The position numbers and the translations under genes are program-made. Shown here piece by piece: positions 49,483-61,350 of a stretch of 64,000 bases of DNA. Origin of the DNA: Tricharina praecox (lineage: Eukaryota); NCBI RefSeq assembly GCF_024521635.1, contig NW_026250418.1:744001-808000 (forward strand), in the 5' to 3' direction. Under the pieces are notes generated by a model. The model was not told the origin of the DNA. It saw nothing but the letters and a program-made list of their open reading frames with translations, and ran no database searches. The stretch's first letter is position 1. Every line of letters starts with the position of its first letter.

Positions 49483-50180
49483 TTGGTTTGTTGGTACATT
49501 TGTGCGGGTTCGGTCTGTTTGTCCCATGCGATCTTGCCGAGTTGAGTGGAGTACATACCTGGTTACAGATAATAGAGGCGGATACCTAGATCAACAATCT
49601 GAGCAACAAGCGTGCTTTTTCTGTGTTTTTTCGCGGGGGTTCTTTCGTCTCCACTCAGCAGCTTTTTTCTTTTGGAATTCTATTTTGTTTCCTGCATATT
49701 CTTTTCTTTTACAGATACATCGCTTCGATTCCGGCTGAATGATGGCGCAGGAGTAGGGAGTATTTCAAATGTGTGTGGTCAGATATGGTACATACAGCTG
49801 CGGACCTGCGGTGGTTCATACGGAATGGTTCATACGGAATAGGTGCGGAATAGGAGTGGGGCTCATGATGGATTTATTGTACTTGGATAGGGCTGTTCAT
49901 GGCGCGGCATTAATGGTAATACTACTTGTTGGATCCACTACATTGTACTATGGTCAATGAATTTTAGATAATACATGATACTAGAGAATCCACGTGCGGC
50001 AGGAGGAATGGGATACCGGTATCGATGATAGTTACCGATGATCGAATACGTTGACTCGTTTCGAGTCAAGTCGGACGAAGCTCCAGCCAAGTTTTCGAGT
50101 ACCATACCTCTCGGCGCCCGGCCATGCGTCTCCCGCCGGCCAGAGTGCCAGACGTAGACCGACGCGGACCGACTAACTAT

Positions 50181-50836
50181 GGGCCCGTTTGGATGCCCTC
50201 ACTTTTCAGTTCCATTTTTGGAGCTACCTTCAGTTCCCCGCCGGGGCACCGAATACTGTCCAGTTTCAGTTTCCTGAGAACTGTGAGGGGAACAGAGTGT
50301 TTGACAGTTCTCAGATTACTCAGCCATAAGTCTGAATAATAGGCTTCACCAGAACTTTAATAGTGGACACATTGTGGCCCCGCTTTTTTCTCATGGTTGA
50401 AGTTAAAATGCGATACTGAGTGGCGGCAAAGAAATGACCTCTCGAGGTCAGTACCAGTTTCGTCACTGGAGCCGCACAGTTTCAGTTTTTTTTTATTCAA
50501 GTTTTTGTGCCATCCAAACGGGGTCTCAGTTTTGTTTCCTCAGTTTCTCGAAAAACTGAGGCCATCCAAACGGGCCCTTAAGAGTAGACACATTATACAT
50601 TATGTTGCCCCGCTTTTTTCTCTTCCCTGTAAATGAAGTCCATGGTTGAAGTTAAAATGCGGTACTGAGTGCTGGTGGTGAAGAAAAGACCTCTCGAGGT
50701 CAGTACCAGTTTGTTTCATCGCTGGAACCGCACGGTTTCGGGTTTTTTCCCTCAGTTTTTGTGCCCATCCAAACAGGGTCACGGTTTTGTTTGCTCGGTT
50801 TCTCGAAAAACTGAGGCTATATATCCAATCGGGCCC
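50181..50836. mobile_element. PIF/Harbinger (Tourist-like) MITE with tandemly duplicated right arm
   Basis: Left TIR GGGCCCGTTTGGATGCCCTCA at 50181; inverted copies end at 50577 (near-perfect) and 50836 (degenerate); the outer ends are flanked by identical TAT; no coding capacity. Confidence 0.75.
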
Positions 50837-51016
50837 TATGTACTTCGTTCAACGTACAGTAGTTTCCGAATTATCTGTAGTTAACTCGGAGACACCGCTT
50901 GTCTAGACCCAGTACTAGTACCTGCCCATCACAGGGGTGCGCAAGGGACTGCTCGGCTCCCGTATCCCAACATCAAGAAGGTTCGGACACCCGAAGCGGG
51001 GGGAGCGAGAAGAGTT

Positions 51017-51080
51017 GGGAAAGCGGGGCGAGCCGGGAAAGCGGGGCGAGCCGGGAAAGCGGGGCGAGCCGGGAAAGCGG
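51017..51080. repeat. 18-bp tandem repeat GGGAAAGCGGGGCGAGCC x3.5
   Basis: Three perfect units plus a partial unit. Confidence 0.9.
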
Positions 51081-52789
51081 AGTTCGCTTTTCCCAGGCGC
51101 GGAAAGGAGGATACATATGGGGCGAGCAGCCAGAGCAAGAACCATAGCAATCTCAAGTAGCAGTTCGGGCTCGTATACCTTTGTTCAGTTTATGGGCCCG
51201 GTGGGCACTCCGATGCGCATCGATCATGTTTTTCACTACTTTCGTCTGCCGATGAATGGCCTTCCACCTTCATCCGCCGATGAATTGCCTCCACCTCCAC
51301 CTTCGCCGCCGCCGACGAATGGCCTTCCACCTTCGTCCACCGGCGAATACCGCACATTGTTCGCGCGCCGACGAACCTGTCAGAATAACGTCCGGCGATG
51401 ACGAGATTCGTAGCGGGGTATTCGAGCGCGCGTGATGTACCTTCTGAAGGGCTCGCTGCTGACGATATCATTGCTGTACCGAATTCATTACCTTCTTCTA
51501 TCTATCACGTTCGATGCCACTCAAAGACGGCGAAAACTCACCAATCCCATCCACGGCAGAGAATAACGTTTTGAAATGGTAACGAGCCAACAACCAGGCT
51601 CTCGCGTTCATGGTGCACAACATCGCGTCGCGAACCGAGAACCCCACCTACCAAATCATAACGGTACAACTCCGTGACAGCACGTCGGCCGAGTACTACA
51701 CCTTGTCACTGGCAAATAAGACAACACCGACAATCATGCCACGGAGGTTCTTGTTATAACGATGAGTGAGAGATTCGACAAGCTCGCAGAGGAGAACCGG
51801 GAGCTCCGGGAGCTCCGGGCGCAAGCCTGCATCGACACCACCTAAGCGGTCAAAACGGAAACTGACGGGGCCTTAAACACCCCATCGGCCGGCGAAGCAG
51901 CTAAGGAGCACTTCCCCGACATCGACTCTCATGCACTCGGAGCATAGGCAATCAGAGTCCGATTCCGTACGACCTGAACCACCAACACCTGCCGTGTGTG
52001 CGGGGCCTGCACCTCGCGACACTGAGATAGATGGGGCATGGAAGAAGGTTGAGAGGAAGCGAAAAGGGAAAGGGAAAGCGGAGAAGAGAGGGGCAGGACT
52101 TGGAAGAGAGGGAGGCGTCCCGTCGTGGGTTGATACTGCCCGCGGCAGGGGCGGCGTATATGTGACCGTCTTCAGTGGGAAAATCGCCATTCTCCTAAAC
52201 CCCCACCCTCTCCTTCCCCTCCCTGACGGTTCCCCCACTTGCCCTCCCTTTGAGCCAGGCCCGCTGTTCTACGCTGCGCTTTCGGTTTTCCCATATCCCA
52301 CACGGTTCAGAAGTTAGCCTTTTCCGAAACAAAACAACGGTGGGAGCAGGAACGCCAGGCCGCCAAAGGCACGCAAGCCCCATTTAGAGGAAGTGCCATC
52401 AACCCTTATCTGCAGACGGTGGCGAACTGTGCAAACGGCCGGATTGGAAGGATTGAAATTCACGTACTCTCCACCTTTTTTCGAGTGGGAGCACTACGAG
52501 GTGGCAACTGGTTCGGAAACTCTTCAAACGAAGGGACAGAGGAGAGGTGTGAAGGGGCGGGCATGCAGGCTCATTTTAGTCTTTACCGTGTATCTACATC
52601 GCTGGGACAGGCCGGGGCGGAGGGCAGGGAAAGCCACATCATGCTGCTCGGTGAAAGTCGGGTTGGACAGTGGCGTGGAAACGGGGGGTGTATGGGTTGA
52701 TATTGCCATGATCTAGACAGGTCACATGCAATTACTGATTAAACAAAAAAAAAGCCGAGTACTACACTGCCATTCGATATATCGCCACA

Positions 52790-53670
52790 CGAGTGGCCAC
52801 ATGCGGAATCGAACTCGACGAAACCACCATTGCATTCTTCATGATCTACAGCCTTCCTGACACGGACGAATGGACGACGTTCGCAAGCAATTTGAACATG
52901 AACGGGAAGGACAAAGAGCCGGAGACGATCCTGCTGCACATGGTTCTACCGAGCTTCTCAACTCGAACAACTACCACATGTGGAAGGCGGACATGATGGT
53001 ATACCTCAGCTGCGAAAATGCACTCCAGATAGTGCTGGGAAACGAAAATCTCCCAGCAGCGAACGCCTCCTTCCCGATGAGAGAAGGCTACCAGAAGAGA
53101 CTTGGTCTCGCCACCGGAATGTTATAATCATCGGTCGAACCGAGTAGTATCCGGGCGGTGATCAACAAACTCCCCGACCAAGAACCGGCTAGCGTTTGGG
53201 TAGCCCTCACCGCAAAGTTCGATACAGCATCGTCCCGAACCGGCCGCCTCGCTGCCTGGAGCCTTGCCCGCCTACGCCCCGTTACACTTTGTTGCGTCGC
53301 CTATCTCCACCTAGCGAACGGACACTTTCACCATGGCATCTCCTGGCCCCGAACCCGAAGTTCCGGAAATCCATGTCCGATGGCACCCGCGATAAACTGG
53401 AAGGTTTCGTCGCACAGCTCCGCCTGAAGCTATTCAGCGGCCCCGCCCACTACCCCACTCCCAACCTACGAATGGCATACGCCTTCAACCACCTCGAAGG
53501 ACGAGCACAGGCCCACCGCCGTGTGTATAGACAAGTCAAGTAATCCAGACGATATATTTGACACACCTCACGGACGCGGACGAAATCATCACCTTCCTAA
53601 GTAACACCTTTGGTGACCCGGACCCAGCCGCCACCGCTCGTGCAAAACTCCAAAAGAACTCGACAGGGCC
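52790..53670 (+). mobile_element. Degenerate LTR-retrotransposon gag relics (Copia-type followed by Ty3/Gypsy-type)
   Basis: Copia-like: ELLNSNNYHMWKADMMVYLSCENALQIVLG, PASVWVALTAKFD, IAFFMIYSLPDTDEWTTF. Gypsy-like: DGTRDKLEGFVAQLRLKL..YPTPNLRMAYAFNHLEGRAQA, LSNTFGDPDPAATARAKL. Stops and frameshifts present; no pol or LTR seen. Confidence 0.7.
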
Positions 53671-55018
53671 GGGGTGTAGTCCGTGTTGCGGTGGTCTTGA
53701 AGGGAACCTCTATCGATAACCCTCCTCAAGGCAGTGCTCGACACAAAGCTCATCGACGGTAGTTCCCTGAAAGACCACCTCAACGCGAACTGCACTCCTG
53801 CCCTGTCGAGTTCTTTTCTACCCCTAAGTATGCCTCCCTCGTCCAGCACCAGACGAAGAGCGGATATTTCTATGCGTGCGGAATTCGGGGCTTGTGCATT
53901 CATTGCCTTGTGGGGTCGCGGGCAGTGGTGGTGAGTCATGATGAGTGTTTCGGTTCGGGCAGCAAGGATATTGTAGAGTATGATGTATACACCACAGTAG
54001 ATAATGTCTTTCTTTCTGTCTTTCTTTCTGCCGGGTTTGAGATGAGCGGGGAGGGAGCGGGGAGGGAGTAGGGAGGATGGACCCGTGTCGGACTCGTCGG
54101 CACCGGGGTTTCTTCATACCTCGACTGGCGCGGGCGGGCAGGAAAATGAGTGCGTTGGTTTGCCATAGTTGAGACAGGCAGTATGCGAAATTAAATTGAT
54201 GTTCTCTCTCTCTCGCTTTTTATGTACAATACAGTAAAACGCTACATAGTGCTTGGAGCCTTGGAGTAGAGTAAGGACCCCTTGATATGCGGCCGGGGTC
54301 CGGTAACGTAGGTACTCTATATCCCAGTGGTGCGGTACGGATTCGCGTGATCCGTACGCTCACCGACGCGCTGTCGGAGACAGGTGAAGAGATTTGAAAA
54401 CTGGGAGACTCCTGTGCGGATTTTCGTTGTTTCTCGGTATGCACTCTCTGGGAACAAATGCGGCTTCCCCCGCAACATGTACGGGAAGGTAGTACTGATT
54501 GGTGGGCTACCTAGGGGATCACCACGTGCTTGCGTGAAGAGTCGCGTGTGTTCGGGGGTGATCTGGACGATGTATCTGTTTGGGGCGCAGTTGTGAGCCC
54601 GATATGATACTATCTACTAGATATGTAAGCAGCATGCTGGATCTGAAGGGCCGAACCTCTTGAGACTTGTCCAGCCATGTCCACAACGAAATTCGAATTC
54701 CCGGTCAATGGCCATGCCGTATCTATTTGTATTACGCTAACGCGCTACAGTTACCAAGGATCTACAACTGTGCTATCGTTCCTGCATATAAGGCGAGCAG
54801 TTCCCACCGGACATTTCAAGCAATATCCCTTCACCGGCCGCGGTCGGCAGGCTGATGCCAGCACTTGGGGGGGCCAACGCTTGCTACTCTGCGCCGCCCA
54901 GAGGGGGCATATAAAGTGGCAGCGCAGTCTCGCTGGGTAGCAGGTGCCCACTGCTCAGCTGAAAGGCGCCATTCTTTCACCGTCTCCATTCTTTTTTGAT
55001 CTCGATCTCGCTCACACA

Positions 55019-56025
55019 ATGATTCTCTCCTTGGTCCTCCTCGGCTCGATGTTGGCCTCAGTCGCGTCCGCGGCGCCAGCCTGCAAAGCGCAAGCACCAA
55101 ACGTCTTCACCCTCCCCGGCAACGCGAGCTCGCCCGAAGGCGTCGTGGTGCAGCACGGCACGCCGTACTTCTACACGACCTCTGCGGTCGACGGGACGAT
55201 CTACCAGGGCAGTCTCCACTCCTCGGTGATGACACCGTTCATCTCCGGAGCGGAGTACAACATGACGGGCGGCCTGGGCATGAAGATCTACGGCGACCAC
55301 CTGTTCGTCGCCGGCGGCACCAACGGCGCGCTATTCGACTTCTCGCTGTCGTCGAAGACGCTGCTGCACAGGTTCTCTGGCATCACCAACGGCTCGTCGC
55401 TGCTCAACGACCTCGCCGTCGTCTCCGGCTCCGGCGACGTCTACGTTACCGACTCGTTCCTACCGATTCTGTGGAAGGCCGGCGGGCGCAGTGTCCGCCG
55501 GGACAAGTGCGAGCAAAAGCTAAAGCCGTGGCTGGATCTGAGCGCAACGGTCGACTACCAGCCCGGGAAGGTCAGTGGCAACGGCATCGTCGTCATGCCA
55601 GGGAAGAGGTTCGTCGTGTTGGCGGATACGAACGATAGTAAGCTCTACCGCGTGTGCTTGCTCACCAAGGAGGTGGTCGAGATCGGACTGAACGGCACCG
55701 TAAGCCCCCCCTCTCCCGCACATCGACGGCCGTGCCACCTACTGACCAGACGCAGATCGGCTCACCCGACGGAATCCTCTACGACGCGCCGCACTTGTAC
55801 GCCGTCAACGGCGCATCAATCGACGTGATCGAACTCAGCGCGCCGTATCTGAACGGCACGGTTGTCGGAAAGATCGCGAACGACCTGCTGTTGAAGCCCA
55901 GTACTATCGACTTCGTGCAGGGACCCGGCGTGGCAAAGAAGGAGCTCCTTGCCGCTAACTTCCAGGCGAATGCGGTGGAGCCGGTGCTGCCGTACTCGTT
56001 GGTTAGGGTGCCGATTGAGTATTAG
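55019..56025 (+). CDS. Secreted six-bladed beta-propeller, SMP-30/gluconolactonase/LRE-like
   Basis: Signal peptide MILSLVLLGSMLASVASA; SPEGVV, GTIYQG, GLGMK, LFVAGG, LLNDLAV..GDVYVTDSF, GNGIVV, SPDGIL; one intron; TATAAA at about 54910. Confidence 0.85.
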
Positions 56026-56327
56026 GAGGAGGGATGCGTACTTGGTTTTCGGGAGGGAATCGGGCGCGTCCAGGCAGGGTAAAAGGTGGATTCCGTGATG
56101 GAATACCTAGTGCGGGCCCAGGCAGGGCGAAAGGTGGAAAGACTCGCCGATCAGCTAATAGAGTACTCTGCTCGAGTCGGATCACCGTAATATACATATT
56201 CTATTCTCCGGCGACGGCACAATCTTCCTTCTCCCGTGCCCCAGCAGGACCACCTCCTATCGTGAACTGTGGCGTTAATTCCGTCGTTTCTCGGTCTCCC
56301 CGCCGCCGGTGGCCCCCAGCGCTCGGG

Positions 56328-56409
56328 GATCGATCTAGTCAATGGTGGAGCTATGTACTACTAGTTCTAGGCCTTAGTAACTAAGAAGAGTTCGATTCCT
56401 TATCGATTG
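56328..56409 (+). pseudogene. Degenerate tRNA-like sequence (tRNA pseudogene, SINE head or organellar relic)
   Basis: GATCGAT..ATCGATT acceptor-like stem, TAGTCAATGGTGGAGC D-arm/A-box-like segment and GAGTTCGATTCC B-box; the stems are imperfect and the anticodon is ambiguous. Confidence 0.35.
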
Positions 56410-56612
56410 AGCTACGAGAGTGCTACAGTGTTACAATGCGCTGCGTAATTACATCAAGCGTGCAGTTGCAGGTTCGTCCTATAAGCAAGACTGCAAATTT
56501 GGTCAACTTCGGTAGTAACTACTACCTACGTGATCTTCGACCGGCGGACGGCTGCAGTATCACTACTGAAAGACTTCCGTGCTTGCAAAAACCGGTGCTC
56601 ACTAGTACTTTA

Positions 56613-57082
56613 CAGTGTTCTCTATCGTTTAGTCCGAACGGTCGTTCGGACGTGATGGACGGACAAAATACTAGACGGTCCGAGCCTAGGACGGACGGAC
56701 GGTTCAGTCCCCATCCGACGGGTTGGTCCCCGTCCAAGTCACGTGAACATGACTCGGCTGATTGCTGATTTCCGAGCCCTGATATCCTACGCGCCACCGC
56801 GTCAGCTCATCCCTCATCGCTCCACAAGCTGTAAAAAGTAGCAGTGTTTTGACTCGGACGCCTGAGGTGCGGCGCCCGACCCCTTTCACGGCGCTCTAGG
56901 CACCATATCTCACTCGGCTACATAAGGATGACATCGAAATCAGGGTTTTACACAAGGCTTGGTGGACGGCCGTCCACTGAAAAAACCTTGGTCGTCACGT
57001 CATAGGCTTGGACGGACGGGAGGCACGCCGTCCGTCCTCGTCCGAGGCTCAGGACGGATGGACCGGACGATAGAGAACACTG
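56613..57082. mobile_element. Non-autonomous hAT-type MITE (470 bp)
   Basis: Perfect 16-bp TIRs CAGTGTTCTCTATCGT (56613-56628 and 57067-57082); many subterminal GGACGG/CCGTCC motifs at both ends; the flanking 8-mers do not match. Confidence 0.78.
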
Positions 57083-57506
57083 GATGCAATGAGATGAGAT
57101 CTGGCTAGTTGGACAGGATAGGGTCCTTTTATGTGAGATCCTAGCCGCCTAATAGGAGAGCAAACATGAACGACTAGAACATGAGATAAAGAGTAAGCCA
57201 CAAGTCGGCCATGTAGAAAGACTAAACACGTGACACACATCGAATAAGCGAGTGACCAACCATGTAGGTAGGCACAATCAACCAACCACGTGACAATCAA
57301 CACCGGGTAGATAGCGAGTGCTCACGAATTTTTATCGTACTGCGGCCTGCGTCCGTTCAGATCACTCGACGATCGCTTACGTATCACTCGGTACTTACCA
57401 TCCGAGGCCGATCCCGAAGCCTCTCGAAGCACCCCGAAGCCTCCCGCACCGACACTCTGACGGAGTAGGTAGTCGGTCCATGCCGGCCCGCGTCGGGAGC
57501 TCTGGC

Positions 57507-57528
57507 GGGGGGGGGGGGGGGGGGGGGG
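57507..57528 (+). repeat. Poly-G tract (22 nt)
   Basis: Directly visible homopolymer. Confidence 0.9.
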
Positions 57529-58603
57529 TTGACCGTGGGAGATGCGTGGCCGTGGCCGAGCGCCGAATACATACGGTATGAATACTCGGCATCTCGGCTG
57601 GGGCATCGTCCGGCTCGACTCGACTCGAAACGATTACGCGGTGCGGTCACCGGTTTCATCGGTACCGATATCCTATTTAATACCCTCGAGCTCTAGTAGT
57701 AATTGCTCCGTCGGGCTGGGTGGGGAGAAGTATTCCTCCCCGGGGAGGGCGTATGTCGCTCACATTCCGTTAGGCATTGCGTGTTTCAGCCGTCAGCCTG
57801 TCAGCCTGTCAGGCGGTACTTAGAGCTATATGTAGCTGCAAATATCCCGCGGCATTGTCGTTGGGATGCAATTGCGGGATAGTAACCATACAGCCGCCAA
57901 GCGGCCAAGGTATGATCATTGCTATGTACTCTATATATGCTCATTGCTATGATAGTAGCCGGGGAGACTGGCTAGAAGGTACTTTAGTTGGTAGTCTTGA
58001 ATGCCAACTACAAACTACAGTGACCCTTCAAGTGGAGACTCGCTTCGATGCCACACACGAGCTCGGAGCTGTATGGCGGGGCCGGAGAATTCCGTGGATC
58101 CGAAACGGTCATGACAGCAGGACTTCCCCATCCCACCTGCACGCTCCGTAAGACGGCCGGGGCCTGGCATGTTGCATTATGCATACAGGTACTGCTATGT
58201 AGGTATATAGACTGTATTATGTAGTATGTATTGCACAGGACTCGCGACTTGACAAGCGCACCGGCAGTCAGGTACGGCGAGTTTTCACCGATCGTACAGC
58301 GTGGCAGCTTGACACTCCCGGCCGGTCGGCAGTTCTGTCGACGTCGGTGCTGTACGCTAGGTATGTGACATGTGTGACATGTGCCGACGGCGCGGACCGT
58401 TGTTAGCGCAAGTCTCCACGTGGAATATCTACGGCAATGCGGGGTCCGCGTGGCTGCCATGTGGAGTGCGGGAATTCGTGCGGATGTAACATGACACATG
58501 TACTGTACCGTACCATGCACACGTCTTTTCCCGGCACTAGGCAGTGCTATATACAAAGACGGGGACATACGCGGAGTTCCTGCAGTGGGGTGGTGGTGGT
58601 GAA

Positions 58604-58669
58604 GGACTGTGGACTGTGGGCTGTGGACTGTGGGCTGTGGACTGTGGGTTGTGGACTGTGGAATGTGGA
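58604..58669. repeat. Heptamer tandem repeat (GGACTGT/GGGCTGT), about 9 copies
   Basis: Directly visible imperfect array. Confidence 0.85.
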
Positions 58670-60742
58670 ACCACTCACGTGCGTGTCAATCTCGCAACCG
58701 CTGCTGTAAGTACTGTAGAGTGATGGAATGAAGTCCGAGGTCGGTGGTCCTATCACTTACGACTGTGAAGCCTCGCCTCGCCTTTGATGATGGTGATGAT
58801 GATTTATTCGCCGCCAGGAGTCTATGGCCCGAAGCTTCCATCCCTAATTTGATCGAAGACTTACCAAGCGGACCACCACCCCTCTCCGCCAGCTGCAGAT
58901 GCAGCTGCAGAGTGGTGGCACGGACAATCCTCCGAAGCAATCGCTTGCCAACGTCGTGCTGGTGCTGGAGCTGCATGCATGAGGATGTCGTTCGAGAAGG
59001 AGAAGAAGATTCTGGGGTGGCGAACTGTGGAGGCGGAGATTGCGATGGTCTCATCTCGTTTAAATAGTGAGTGCTCGTATCGAACCGCCCCTACCTGCCA
59101 AGCCAGGTAGAATAACTGCTAGTACGCGATCGTCGGAGATCGCGGACATTCTGCGTGGTCGGAACACCAAGTTCCAAGTTCCAACGCTCCTTCCAGAGCC
59201 TTCTTCGAGCGGGAGCGGATGGCGGGGGCGGAACACCACTCGGGGCGATTGCTTGTCACCCAGAGTAGGTACAGTACATACGGCTTCGAAAACCACGACT
59301 TTCAACTGCGTACCACGTGCAGTGAAAAAACGCATATCGTCGATCCGACGACATTAACTTTTACCTAGCGAAGCCTCCGCATTCTCCAACCTCCCTATCC
59401 TCGCTCGCGTGTGGCGGCAAAGTCGGTCCCGCTGGAGCCTGGGTGACAGGACGTTGCCGGTCCCGTAGCTAGGACTGTATTCCCTTCCGTAGGCCCGGCA
59501 ACCGAAGATATGGGGTAGATATTAAATGCCTGAGGCCTTGTGTGGGCCGACTGCGCTCGGCGAGATGTCCGATGGCGTGGACGGGAACAGGCTGTGTGCA
59601 GAGTTTTTACGGTGCGGTGTCGTTCGCAAGTTACCGGTAGAGCGATGGCAGGCGTAGGGAGTGTGACAGCGTAGGCTCACCAAGTGCACACACCAGGTAC
59701 ATATCCAATATATCTCCGACCCCGGATCATCCATCCATCCATCCAATACTCTAGTTAGGCGGCACCTCCTACTGCGTGCATAACGCACCCCGGAATATAG
59801 CCTGTGTAGGCTCGTTATACCCAGTAATTTCTCCATAGTATGTATTCCATAATATGTACTCCATAATGTGTACTCCACCCCCGGATTCCGACTTCAGCCG
59901 CGGGACGGTGGATGTAGGACGTACTTGTGTGTGTAGGACGACAAACACATGGCTTGCATGGTAGTCAACGGAGAGTATATGTAGTACGCGCATTGAAGCG
60001 GGGCGCGACGACATCAGCGTAAGCTGATGCCAATGGCGATATAGCGTTGCATTCCCTTCGTGCTTGCAGTTGCCAGTAACTACGGAGTTCTTCTAGGACT
60101 TCCGACTCACGCGGGGTACGTACAGATTTATGGAGGAGTAGACCCAGGATAGAGAGAGAGGAAAGCCGGGCAGACGTCTCGCTGAGTCGCTGTTGGCGAA
60201 GGTGGAGAGGAAAGGACTTGAGCACCCGCCTGCGATATCGATAACCCAACGAATCGAGGCGCTGTGCGGTATTCCATGCTACTCTAGAGCAGAGTACCCT
60301 AATTATCAAAGTGTATACCCCGCTCCAAGCTACTCTACCACTCTACTCTACCGTAGCCCGCTTCCCACCAATTGCGCCCCAGCTTTCAAACATACGACAA
60401 TGCGACATCGGCACGAGCCAGAAATCTCGTCGAGTCATCAGGACGCTTCATGCTTACATACGACCTCATTCCTTCCCGGTCCTTCTTGTCGACTCCCTCT
60501 ACGTCTGTATAGCTGAGGGAAGGGGGCAGGGCATCACGGCACTCGGGCTTGGAAGTTGAGGATCATTCACGGACAAGCGATAGGACATTTTCATCGCGAA
60601 ACGTGAAATAATTCTTCATTCATTCGCGCGCGAGTATAAATTTCAACCATAGTCCCCTGCCGCCCCGCTACATACAACAAACTGTTCGCCACACACGCCG
60701 ATCGTGTCCAAGTTCCGGTTTTCTGAGCCACAAGGACACTAC

Positions 60743-61350
60743 CTAGCTCTGGATGGTAACCGTCGTCGTAACGGTGCACTGCGGGGCCGTCGTCACGGGG
60801 GTGGTGGTGGTGGTGATCTGGTAGTTGACGCTATTGCCAGGATCGTAGTATCTGTAGTATCGCAGCGCAGTGGCTCCTCCGTCAGCTCCGCCCATTGCCA
60901 TGGCTTCTCTAGCAGTATCTATGCAAGTACTCACGTAACCCCGCTCACGACGTATTTGATATAGAACTGTGTAGCGCCGGTAGCGGTACCAGAGAACGTC
61001 CAGGTCTCATAGCCATCCGAGGCAGGGCCCGAGGCGTACGCCGCCGCGAACGCCTGCGCCGTGGTCCACGAGCTGCCCACGGCGTACACGACCGTCACGG
61101 CTTTGGAGTAGGCGATGTTTTGGATCTTTTCGACGGCGTATATTAGCACGAGACGAAGGAACGGGAGAACGGGGGACAGATGAATACGAGGACGGACCTT
61201 GATGGATCCCGCGAGCACATTGTTGCTAAACGTGTAGGATATCAGCGACACCTGTGTGGCGCGCTTCTCGAGGGGTGTGGATGCATCGGCACCCGTTGAG
61301 AAGGACAGCAGTAGGACGAATAGAAAGGAATAGAGCTTTAGGAGATGCAT
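60743..61350 (-). CDS. Small secreted protein consisting of a CBM21 starch-binding domain and a Thr-rich tail (150 aa)
   Basis: Signal peptide, EKR Kex2-like site, VSLISYTFSNNVLAGSIK|IQNIAYSKAVTVVYA..GYETWTFS..QFYIKYVVSGVT|YYDPGNSVNYQI; introns 61126-61197 and 60852-60934; TAG at 60743-60745. Confidence 0.8.

Noticed and set aside
51190..52400. Possible LINE ORF1 or host gene relic (Pro-rich repeats, WKKVERKRKGKGK)
   Set aside because: Only compositional resemblance; no zinc knuckle, endonuclease or RT motif seen.
59965..60309. LDSLGYRYRRRVLK resembling a Tc1 transposase segment
   Set aside because: One short motif with no supporting flanking similarity.
60456..60465. ACATACGACC, matching the start of fungal 5S rRNA
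   Set aside because: The downstream sequence lacks the 5S internal boxes and the complementary 3' end.
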